A stretch of DNA of 64,000 nucleotides from Balanoglossus misakiensis. Its lineage: Eukaryota > Animalia > Hemichordata. Location: NCBI GenBank assembly GCA_040954595.2, contig JBECUI020000035.1, positions 62,001-126,000 of the forward strand. The letters are read 5' to 3'. The notes under the pieces are model-generated. The model worked only from the letters and a program-made list of their open reading frames with translations, was not told where the DNA came from and searched no databases. This document shows, in pieces, positions 39,060 to 51,160 of the stretch. Position 1 is the first letter of the stretch, and every line of letters begins with the position of its first letter. The position numbers were made by a program, and so were the translations under genes.

Positions 39060-42000
39060 ATTCAGAACTACCTAGTCTATGCCCGGCAGTGTTCTGTCCG
39101 CTTTGCTTCCAAAACTAATGTCTGGCCTCACTCATGCCACTTGCCCAATAAACTAATACCCCTTGCTGGGAATTATGATGTAACTAGCGTCGCTTTGAAG
39201 CCTATCACATTACTGAACAGTGTTGATTTGGTGTAAGATTATAGTGAAGGCAGGGCTTATTACATTGAAAATGCTACCCAACCTTAATTACACGTATGTA
39301 TATCCTTTGTCTAATCATTGGAAAAACAATGTACATGTACCAAAGACTAAGTAGCTATTTGAAGGTGAATCGCAAGTGGGCACTTTCATTACTTAACCTC
39401 AAGCAGTCGGTTAGCTACCGTATACTAAGACAAACATTCCTGGTGTAATTAACATCACTGTCATTAGTAATATCTATCTCCAATCAGTATCAGTTCTGCC
39501 TTTATGTTATTTTAAGTCAATTGTCAAGGTTCATGTACATATATTACAGCTTAACTGTCTTGTCAAAAACTTACGCATGTACATGTACCTAATTCTAGGC
39601 TTACCTGTAGGGTTAGAGATACAGTGTTTTATATTAATATGCATTAATATGAAACTAAAATTTGATGGTTAATTTAAGACCCCCCTGAGCAATGGTAACC
39701 TCGTTAAATATGTGCATATCTAATTCTAGGCTATTCAGCTGAAGTAGAAACCTGGACATGGACAACTTCGGGGTCAAAATCTTTTGACAAACATTTGTGT
39801 GATCTTGGGTAAACTTTGACCTACATTCCTATATTTTAGCATCCGGAGCAGATACAACCTTGACACTTGGAGTGATGGAACTATTTGATTGAGTATTATG
39901 TCTTGCCTCATTAATTATGTACTTACCTAATGCCAGCCTAACCAATAGGGCTGGAAGTCTGGCTTTTTGGACATGATAAATTTGAGATCAACATTTTTCT
40001 ACAGCAGCCAGCCTTCTCTTAAAAAGAATGGACAATATAAAGGCTTTGATGGTATACTGAACTTTTGACTCCCTCCCTGAGACTGTGTGCCAATGACGGG
40101 ATAGCCTACTCAGCGTTGGGTAGATCCTAAGAAGGCCTCAGCCAGGCATCAAATACAAAAAGCGGAAATCCAAGCTTTAATGGTGGGTTACATCGTTAAC
40201 TTCCCTGCAGAGCTGATTTCTCAGACTGTGAGCCAATGACGGGTAAAGCCCCTAGGTAGGGGCCACCTAAGACAGGCCGGTCATGCTTTAATCACAAAGA
40301 AGGGCAAGTTTAGTCTTACCACAACTTTGTCTGCTGTATATGCTTCATAAAGATTGCAGAGTATTTTGAGAATACATTGTGTTAAGGCAGTGTGACCAGC
40401 TAAAAAGTACTGGCAAACACAGCCAATGTGTAATGAAAAACATCTAATTTGGCTGAATAAAAGACATAAAACACAGCAAAAGCACTGTGACTAGCTGAGA
40501 CATAATACTCCATTATGCAGTTCCATCACTCCAAGTGTCAGGGATGTATCTGTGCCGGATGCCAAGATATAGGAATGTAGGTCAAAGTTTACCCAAGATC
40601 ACCCAACATTTTGTCAAAAGATTTTGACCCCAAAGTTGTCCATGTCCAGGTTTCTACCGCAACTGGATAGCCTAGAATTAGATATGTACATATTTAATGA
40701 GGTTACCATGGATCAAGGCAGTCCTAAGTAAACCATCAAATTTTTAGTTTCATGTTAATTCATGTTAATATAAAACGCTGTATCTCTAACCCACTGGTAT
40801 GCCATTCTGTGTTTCATGCTACCCAATATGGGTAAGTAGGTAAAAAGTCACCCTAGGCCATTTGAAATTTTGCTGAAAAAATCACGTCTCTTACATATGT
40901 ACATTTGGTAAAAGGGAAATTTTAATCACGGAGTAGAACATATTCATAAAAAATATTTGAGGGAAAGAAGGAAGTTTTTCATAGCTTTGGTGCGTCAAAT
41001 AGTAGAGAGGTTCCCTTGTTATCCTTAGACTCAAACTCAGAGTTTCCAATCTTTCAGTATTTTCATGATATTACTTTCCATCTTAGATTTGTTCATCTAA
41101 ACAAACTGACTGATAGGTATACATGAACATTTTATTGACTAATGAATGTGCCTGTATGTTGCAATTTAAAGAAGTCAGATATTAAACGAGCGCCACACCT
41201 GTTTTAATCAGCCTCCATATGGAGGGTACACATCGCAGAGAGATGACAAACCCCATGCAAATTCAAGTAATATGGCTCAATGGTGCTGATTTTAAAGGAT
41301 AGGTGGATGATTTGAAAAATGTTATTGTGGAAAAAGATGTGTAAAATTTGGCAGCTTGTGAGGCTTTAATTGTAAAATCTTTGAAATGTGTTTTACTCTT
41401 TAGGTCCAATTTTGTATATGTCAATATACCATTGGGACCAATGTGAAATTGTTCTAAACTCAGAAACTCAAGAAGGTACTGGTCAGATTGCTTTAGAAAT
41501 TGGTGTGTATTTATGTTATTGAGACTTTATACAGATTTTATTTTTCATTTTTGAAGTATATTTTGGGGTGATTTTGGTCGTCATATACTCAGAAACCTCA
41601 ACCCACATTTTTTTTAAAATTTGGTTTGCATGTTCTTAGGTGTGATTTTATGACAATTTAACAAACCCAGTGATGGAAGTGACAATATTTTTTTTTTTTT
41701 TTTGGCAATTACTGCCATTTTTGTCTGATTGCTTTGCAATTTAGTTTGCAGTTTCTAGGGAATTCTTACTGTGGTGCACAAAATTCAGAAAGGTGATTTA
41801 CTATCCTCATGCGCTTTGTTGAACTGGCACCCTGTTGCAAAACAGACATTACAACACTCTTTGAATTGAATTCATAGCTACCAATTTTTCGGGGGTGTAG
41901 CACCTTTTTTATGCCTAAAACTTTGATCGAGAACTTCAAATTAAATGCAACCCTCCAAATATTTGCAATATTTCAGGTATAATGATTTAATTTTAAAGCA

Positions 42001-43264
42001 TAAATTTTGATGTATTCATAATCATTAAGAGAAACACATTTTGAAAATAGAATATTAATCACACTAGCAGTCATAATACTTTTGAATCATCACTAAAGAA
42101 CATATAGAAAAATTAAACAGGTGTTAATTATTTATATTTGAACGCAAAGCGTAAATTCCCTTGTGCCATGGAATTGACAATCTGCAACTGGTGGGGTCCT
42201 TCTGCCAGTAAAAAGCATCAGATAAATTCTGCATGCTCATCACCGAGGCAATTTAGGTGTACTTTTGTACTTTAAGAACTGTCGGTTTTCGCAACTGAAA
42301 CTCTGTTCACAGGACAGAGGAAAAACTAGAATGACAACAGCTATGTAAGCTAACAAAAGGAACACAGAGCATAGTTCTCCATACTCACATTTTAATGCAA
42401 TAATTTTTGCTGAAACTGGGGCGTCCGTGGGCAGGCAAAGGCAGTTCTAACTCGACTTGCAAATAAGGCCCATGTCTCTTGTTCGCTGAGATTGTCTGGT
42501 TCTAATAATAGCTGTAAGAACTTGATCATTGACCGAACTGTTGGTTCAATTTTGCAACATTTTATGATTTCAAGCTGTGCAATATTTGCAACTCAGTTTC
42601 AACTTTGGTTGGAGGGATGATGATGAAGCCATTTCACTGACAAAATAGCGCTACTGACTGATGTCAATGTTTGTTTACAGTCAAATGCATTGCCATCATA
42701 AAAATACATGTGAGAAATTTCTTATGTGTATGATACACACTTTTGTGCATGACTGCAAACTGTGTTACAGTTGTGAAATTCTAAGGGTTGAATTCATTGG
42801 GTAGAATTCATGTTTTTTGGATTCTTAAACAACCAGTCACGAAAGCTAAGTGGTTACCTCAGCGAAACTGTGTTAAATTTGGTCATCAATTGCTTTAAAT
42901 CACACAAGACATTCCCAGAGCTAAAGTTACTGCAGCAGTCAGTTTCAACTCAGCTTGCAAATTGGGATCATGTCTTGTGTTCATCGAGACTGTCTGTAGT
43001 CGAGTTGACAGTCCTATGGGGTCAATGATGAACCTACAAATGTTCTTTCCAATGAAATTGTTATAAATCTAATATTCAGGATTTGCATTCATACCTTAAA
43101 CAATATAACTGTATTGCAAATATGGCAACTCTTCTAAGTTACATTGGAACACCTTCTCGGCACTGTTTGTGCCAAAATGGTGAATAAGCTTTCATTTTCA
43201 AGCCTTAACATAGGCACCCAAAACAAGACAACAGCATTGCAAATATGGCATTTTTTGTTCAACT

Positions 43265-43925
43265 CTTCTCATTTGCATAGTCCAAAATGGCCGCCAAACT
43301 CCTCTAACATGTAAATTTCCTATGGTCGTCTTAAATAGTGTGTAGTATCGCATTTGAAGGGTTTTCATCAATATGGGTACCTAAAACAATTTCAACGTGG
43401 TTGACATTGCAATGTTAGACAGCTGTTCTAATTTGCATGATCTAGAATGGCCGACAAACTTCTCTAACATGTAAATTTACTATGGTTGTCTTTAATAGTG
43501 TGTAATATCGCATTTGCAGGGTTTTTATCAATATGGGTACCTAAAACAATTTCAACGTCGTTGACATGGCAATATTAGACAGCTGTTCTAATTTGCATAA
43601 TCCAAAATGGCCACCAAACTCTTCTTAAATGTAAATTTCCCTGTTTTGTCTTATATGGTGCCTAAAATCGCATTTGCAGGGTTTTCATCAATATGGGTAA
43701 CTAAAACAATTTCAGCGTGGTTGACATGGCAATATTAGACAACTGTACTAATTTGCATAATCCAAAATGGCCGACAAACTTCTCTAACATGTAAATTTCC
43801 CTGGTTTGTCTTATATGGTGTGTAATATCGCATTTTCACGGTTTTAATTAATATGGGTACCTAAAACAATTTCAACGTGGTTGACATGGCAATATTAGAC
43901 AACTGTTCTAATTTGCATAATTCGA
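43265..43925. repeat. 160-bp minisatellite, ~4 copies (only ~1.4 at the mirror position 16895-17120)
   Basis: ATTTGCAT recurs at 43271, 43431, 43591, 43751 and 43911. Confidence 0.9.
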
Positions 43926-44530
43926 GCACCTGCTGGATAATTTAATTTTTGCCCTTCTTGTCCCATGATTATATGTGTAATATCTCATTTTCAATGTGTT
44001 TACATGTATATATGCAGAATCCATTTCAAACTAAGTGGGCATATTGTAGCGCCAATCTTATTTCTTAATCCGCACCACAGAACTGATGCAAGGTTTAGGA
44101 CTGGAAATGTATGTGGCCACTGGCCGACACCCCGGGCGAGAGGTCTCCAATTATTTTCAGCACGTAGTGTGCTTCCCGGTTGATAACATCAATATGTGTA
44201 AATGCCAAAAACCCGACCTATTGTAATACCAGTCAAATTTTCTTTGTCATTTACCATTTTTCTCTTGCATATGAACGTTTTTCTTAAAGAGTACATACCC
44301 ATATACATTTGTATGGGAGCACACATCCCCACCCCCTGCCAACAATAATTGGACAACTTTATTCTTCTTATACTTCTTTTTAGTCTAAACATTCATATAG
44401 AGAAGGCAACATGTTCTTGAAGCTGCTGACTATGGAAATATGATGAAGTACATTTTCCTAGTTGTACATGTACAGTATGATAGCCCCAATGTACCAATTG
44501 GAGATGTGTGCCTTACAGGCAACATACATG

Positions 44531-46907
44531 TAGCTCTGCATGGCCTGGTTAATCAATGTTGACGCAAAGGTTGACCCTACCAAACACTCAAAATTAATGG
44601 GCACGACACTGGCCACTAGCTCTGCATGGCCTGGTTAATCAATGTTGATGCAAAGGTTGACCCCACCAAACACTCAAAATTGATGGGCACGACACTGGCC
44701 ACTAGCTCTGCATGGCCTGGTTAATCAATGTTGACGCAAAGGTTGACCCCACCAAACACTCAAAATTGATGGGCACGACACTGGCCACTAGCTCTGCATG
44801 GCCTGGTTAATCAATGTTGACGCAAAGGTTGACCCCACCAAACACTCAAAATTAATGGGCACGACACTGGCCACTACAATGTAGCTCTGCATGGCCTGGT
44901 TAATCAATGTTGACGCAAAGGTTGAACCCACCAAACACTCAAAATTGATGGGCACGACACTGGCCACTAGCTCTGCATGGCCTGGTTAATCAATGTTGAC
45001 GCAAAGGTTGACCCCACCAAACACTCAAAATTGATGGGCACGACACTGGCCACTAGCTCTGCATGGCCTGGTTAATCAATGTTGACGCAAAGGTTGACCC
45101 CACCAAACACTCAAAATTGATGGGCACGACACTGGCCACTAGCTCTGCATGGCCTGGTTAATCAAGGTTGACGCAAAGGTTGACCCCACCAAACACTCAA
45201 AATTGATGGGCACGACACTGGCCACTAGCTCTGCATGGCCTGGCTAATCAAGGTTGACGCAAAGGTTGACCCATCAAACACTCAAAATTGATGGGCACGA
45301 CACTGGCCACTAGCTCTGCATGGCCTGGCTAATCAAGGTTGACGCAAAGGTTGACCCCACCAAACACTCAAAATTGATGGGCACGACACTGGCCACTAGC
45401 TCTGTATGGCCTGGCTAATCAAGGTTGACGCAAAGGTTGATCCCACCAAACACTCAAAATTAATGGGCGCGACACTGGCCACTAGCTCTGGCCTGGCTAA
45501 TCAATGTTGACGCAAGGGTTGACCCCACCAAACACTCAAAATTGATGGGCACGACACTGGCCACTAGCTCTGGCCTGGGTAATCAAGGTTGACGCAAAGG
45601 TTGACCCCACCAAACACTCAAAATTGATGGGCACGACACTGGCCACTAGCTCTGGCCTGGCTAATCAAGGTTGACGCAAGGGTTTACCCCGCCAAACACT
45701 CAAAATTAATGGCCGCAACACTGGCCACTAAGCTCTGGCCTGGCTAATCAATGTTGACGCAAGGGTTGACCCCACCAAACACTCATAATTGATGGGCACG
45801 ACACTGGCCACTAGCTCTGGCCTGGCTAATCAATGTTGACGCAAGGGTTGACCCCACCAAACACTCATAATTGATGGGCACGACACTGGCCACTAGCTCT
45901 GGCCTGGCTAATCAAGGTTGACGCAAGGGTTGACCCCACCAAACACTCAAAATTGATGGGCACGACACTGGCCACTAGCTCTGGCCTGGCTAATCAATGT
46001 TGACGCAAGGGTTGACCCCACCAAACACTCAAAATTGATGGGCACGACACTGGCCACTAGCTCTGGCCTGGCTAATCCAGGTTGACGCAAGGGTTGACCC
46101 CACCAAACACTCAAAATTAATGGGCGCGACACTGGCCACTAAGCTCTGGCCTGGCTAATCAAGGTTGACGCAAGGGTTGACCCCACCAAACACTCAAAAT
46201 TGATGGGCACGACACTGGCCACTAAGCTCTGGCCTGGTTAATCAATGTTGACGCAAAGGTTGACCCCACCAAACACTCAAAATTAATGGGAACGACACTG
46301 GCCACTAGCTCTGCATGGCCTGGTTTATCAATGTTGACGCAAAGGTTGACCCCACCAAACACTCAAAATTAATGGGCACGACACTGGCCACTAGCTCTGC
46401 ATGGCCTGGTTAATCAATGTTGACGCAAAGGTTGACCCCACCAAACACTCAAAATTAATGGGCACGACACTGGCCACTAGCTCTGCATGGCCTGGTTAAT
46501 CAATGTTGACGCAAAGGTTGACCCCACCAAACACTCAAAATTAATGGGCACGACACTGGCTACTAGCTCTGCATGGCATGGTTAATCAATGTTGACGCAA
46601 AGGTTGACCCCACCAAACACTCAAAATTAATGGGCACGACACTGGCCACTAGCTCTGCATGGCCTGGTTAATCAATGTTGACGCAAAGGTTGACCCCACC
46701 AAACACTCAAAATTAATGGGCACGACACTGGCCACTAGCTCTGCATGGCCTGGTTAATCAATGTTGACGCAAAGGTTGACCCCACCAAACACTCAAAATT
46801 AATGGGCACGACACTGGCCACTAGCTCTGCATGGCCTGGTTAATCAATGTTGACGCAAAGGTTGACCCCACCAAACACTCAAAATTAATGGGCACGACAC
46901 TGGCCAC
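44531..46907. repeat. 86/82-bp tandem satellite, ~28 units
   Basis: Unit TAGCTCTGCATGGCCTGGTTAATCAATGTTGACGCAAAGGTTGACCCCACCAAACACTCAAAATTAATGGGCACGACACTGGCCAC; central units lack GCAT. Confidence 0.97.
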
Positions 46908-47764
46908 TACATGTATTTGTGATATTTTACATGGTTAACCACGCCTTGAGAAAAGTAATCATAAGAGAACTTTGTTTCCAAAGTTAGGGGAGAATAATCT
47001 AACGGGAGATGGGAGTACCTCAGGCTACTGAGCTCGTTCCCTTCCTCATTTACTTTACTGGGCGTATTTGATGTACTATAATAATTCCGGACAATAAATG
47101 AACGTAAATCAAATACGTTTCTCCGTGGATCACGGTTCTCGTCAGAGCCCGTTACCTCATCGCTACAGATTCCCCGATGCATGAACAATCATGAGAAACC
47201 AGCGGTAATACAAGTGTCACGATTGAGTTTTAACGATCATAGATCTTGTTTATGATTATGTAAGAAGTCGTTCACTTATATGGTTTTAGTCCAGTATTGA
47301 CATTGGTACTTGACCCAGAGTAAACAACATTGTGTAATTGATACATGTCAGAACGAGATAGAGATATCACGCGCTAAGTTCATGTTTAAGAAATATCAAG
47401 ATGACGTGTTCCTTTTATGACTTAATACTTGACTAACGTATTAATAAGGTGTGGTGAAATTTGAGATCACACATTTATCACCGGAGATCCGTGATGGGAG
47501 TCAACGAGCATGGATCGAGTCGTGTAATTCTTACGTGTGACCAGTAATAAACCAGAACTTTGTGTTACTCGGAAAACTTCTTGCAAGTCTCTGTCTACGA
47601 AAGGTTTACGATCTGCCGGGTACCTCTCTCGGACTTTATGAATATGTTGGGTGGAGAAGGAGATGAAGAGAATGTACGCCGTCAGCTTTCGGACGTGGCT
47701 GATTCCCCACAGAAGCCGATGAGGTAAACGTCCGGAGGACGACCGGCCGTAACAACAAACTGCA

Positions 47765-48090
47765 TGAATTAAAGTTCAACAATCCTTAGAAGACAGGAAC
47801 GTCAGAGGTTGAATCTTGATGGGAAAAGGCGAGGTATCGCTGGTTATCATCGGCGTACTGATGAAATTGTAGGATGTGGGGACGAATCGGTTTACTATAA
47901 AGTTGGGCTATATAAATGGTGAACAACAGAGGGGCAGTGGCACCCCGTATACGAGAGGTGACTGTGAACTTGCAGTGTTTTCGATGATTACAGTTTGATA
48001 TCTATATTGAAGGTAAGATGTAAACCGTGTTAGTACTGTGTCTGAGATGCCAAGGTTCGATAGTCTACAAAGAAGTATCCCGTGATGCAA
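47765..48090 (-). mobile_element. Degenerate CR1/L2 LINE RT fragment
   Basis: HGILLCRL..LGISDTVL..FTSYL..R.Q.V...GVP, and QYADDNQ in another frame (~47845-47860). Confidence 0.8.
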
Positions 48091-50710
48091 ATGTACAACT
48101 GAAGAAAAAAGGAATCACAAATCTTAAAACTAAGATGCCGTTAAGAATTAAATTTCGCGAAAAGGAAGTGACGAAATACGTACATTTTCAGGTGCTCTAC
48201 AACAAGTAGTCTCCCTATCATCCCTATTGGAGCATGCAGCTAAAATTTACCATGACGTCATTGATTCTACGCGAACGTTTTTCTAATGGCGATAAACATA
48301 TTTTGTATAAATTGTGCTCAAACGCCCGTGAATCTCACTCGCAAAAATTCACAAGTGGCGCATACAACACTAGGAAGAAAATTGTTTAGCAGTCTATAGA
48401 GTTTGTGACCTGAGATTTGGAAGTAAAAGTTAAACTTAAAAGTTGAGACAGAAGTGATTGAAGAGTAAAGAAACTTTTGAAGTGTTAAGAAAGTTATCGC
48501 ATTCCTGATGAAAAGAAAAGAAAATACAATACATTCATTGTTTTAAGGAACACAAGGAAGACAAGTACTATGCAATCAGAGTATGCATGGATCATTCATC
48601 TAAAAATATATCTCCGCGTCTTTTGGCGGGTAAAAATAAAATGCTGGAACGGTCTTTTGGATGGCGGACTATTTGTGTCCTTCTTGTCCTCAGAACGCAA
48701 GTGGTCGAGTAGGTTTATTTCATTAAATTCTTATATTCTCAGTTGCTACCATAAATACCCAGTGTTCGTGTCGATGTATCTGGACGTCAGCACGATTCCA
48801 TATAGGTACCTCTCAGTATTAGCCAAGCGAGTTATCCCCATCGATAGAGTTTAATTCCCCGTTACATTCCCAACACCAATCCTCCCGCGTGACATTGAGG
48901 TTGAAGGTATACAAACCTTAGGAATCATGCAACCATCCAGAAAGTGTAATAAATTTTGAAGCTATGATGTGAGTTTTCAGTTCGTTTCTTCTTTTGATTT
49001 GTTGATGTAACATTGTGCGTTTTAAATAAAAGATAAAAAAATGTACAGCAATGACGTCACAAAATTCACTGGTATTGATAAAGCTATATTATATCATATA
49101 TTATATGTGTTAAATACTACCGTATCTCATTATTGCAGTATTTCGTGCTTTAACACAAAATACGCGAATAGGGTTTAATACAAAACTAAATGACACAATT
49201 TCTGTTTCTTTGCCAAAATTCTTAATCACAAGATCAACCCATCCTTACGCCTCTACTCTATTGCTAAGAGAAACCAGCGTCCGTAACATGCATTGTGAAA
49301 CCCCTCAACAACATGCATGTCAACACTTCATTTTTTCTCCAGCATTGTCAGTTTGGTACCCTGACAACTCACGGGGCATCATGGGACAATATTAAAGCTG
49401 ATTCAGTGTTTATGTGCATAAAACACACGGCGGTGGAAACATTCGTTTTAAATTATTGTGGACGCGCGCACGCCCTTGTCTGTGTACAGGTACTTGATGC
49501 TTGTCTACAGTCACGTGAAACGCTGTTGGTAGTACCCTAGAAGATAGATATCTTTAATCAGAACTTTGGTAAGGAAGGTTTGAGAAGTCCATTCTATGTA
49601 AAGAAAGTTTAAGAAGTGTGTTACCAAAGGGTGTGGGGGTGGCTGGGGGTCATCAATATATCACTCTGCATCACGTTCACAGAAAAGGTCGCGACACGCC
49701 CACAAATCCACTCACGACTTGCGTCACCGGTTACAGGAGTTCGTACAAAAGTGTGGTTTATGCACATTTACACTGAATCAGTTTTTTTGGCCCATGATGC
49801 CCATGGGCCAATACAGGCCACGATGCCTCCAGAATGATGATGGCAATGATGGTGATGATGATGATTGTGGTGGTGGTGGTGGTGGTGATTGAGCTTTAAT
49901 TTCCCTTTCTTCCTGTCTAACCACTTCCTCTCTCACCTTCACTTATTCGGTCTCTCCCCTCCCCTTCTGTCAAAGTCCTCCCCTCATTCCCTTTCCATCC
50001 TGACATTCTCATTTCCGCCCTCTTGCTTTTCTTCTCCTTTCTCACATTCCTTTTCTCACCTCTCTCCCCCCTCCGTGACATGTTATGTAATATATAAAGT
50101 AAAAAAGTCCAAAGCATGATGTTATCACAGATGACATTTGGAATGTATTATTGTACTATCTGGTTTAATTTCAAACATAGTGGAGTTATTTATTGGCCAG
50201 TATTTAAGCATGTTTAAAGAAGTCAAACAGCATAATAGGCACATTTCATATCAAACAAAATTGACCAAATAAGCTCAAAAGAGGATTTGAACAATTTGTC
50301 CCTTTAAGTAATGTTCAATATTGGATTTACACTTGTGATTGTATGTCATCTCCCTTTTGTTAGAAACCTCACAGTCATATAATAAACAGGTGACCTGACA
50401 ATCATTTGAAATACCAAACTTCGGCAGCTATTCCAGTTTGGTCCAAAAACCTAATTTTAACTGGCACCTCAACTTTAGGACTATTATGGATGTTGCTGAA
50501 ACTTGAAGTGGGCTGCTTGTGAAGAGGAAGACGTGGAGTGTCTCTCAGACAATGCTGCGCTCAGTCAGAGATAAAGTCAAAATATGGATTTGACTTGCAA
50601 CAGTAATTTGTTAGTTAAGTCAAATTCAACTTAAATATGTCTCTTTGGGTCAGTCTTAACGGGTGTAGCATGCTGGAAGGGTGTGCTTACCCATTTCCGA
50701 CACCTAGTAC

Positions 50711-51160
50711 CACAGGGGGCTGCAAACATGAAAGTTATAAATGGCGAAGTACGTTCCATTCTGCGTTTTCCCAACCTGTCTTATCATTTGCTAATCCAGA
50801 ATAAAAGCTATCCATTTCCCATTAATCACCTGCTAACGACTTAATCTGTGTGCCCCATCCATGGATTAAGTTAATAAAGTAAACATCGGTCAGCCAGTAC
50901 TGGGTATTCTCTTACCAAGTGAGAACTGACCGATGTTTACTTAATCCACTAAATCCGTGGATGGGGCACACAGATTAAGTCGTTAGCAGGTGCTTAATTG
51001 GAAATGCAATAGTTTGTATTCTGGATTAGCAACTGCTAAGACAGGTGGAGGTAACACAGAAAAATAAACAAGCACAAAGACTGTTCATCAATTAATGTTT
51101 ATTGGGGGAAAATGCAGGAACTCCGCCATTTATAACTTTCATGTTTGCAGCCCCCCTGTG
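50711..51160. mobile_element. Fold-back MITE with CACAG...CTGTG ends
   Basis: CACAGGGGGCTGCAAACATGAAAGTTATAAATGGCG mirrored at 51124-51160; arms pair to within ~35 nt of the centre; AGTAC on both flanks. Confidence 0.85.

Larger units (their letters stand above)
34445..44525 (-). repeat. Right arm of giant inverted repeat
   Basis: Reverse complement of 16216-27400 apart from arm-specific insertions. Confidence 0.9.

Noticed and set aside
40079-40283. Canonical SECIS, HDV or hammerhead ribozyme call for the paired motif
   Set aside because: Helix after AUGA too short for SECIS; HDV L3 YCC and P1 partner not found; no CUGAUGA/GAAA core. Kept only as an unclassified motif
16216-44525. Palindrome as an assembly artefact
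   Set aside because: Arms differ by many substitutions, minisatellite copy number and TSD-flanked insertions; merged haplotypes cannot be fully excluded without reads
44531-46907. CRISPR-like array
   Set aside because: Units are contiguous near-identical repeats with no unique spacers, there are no cas genes, and the context is eukaryotic
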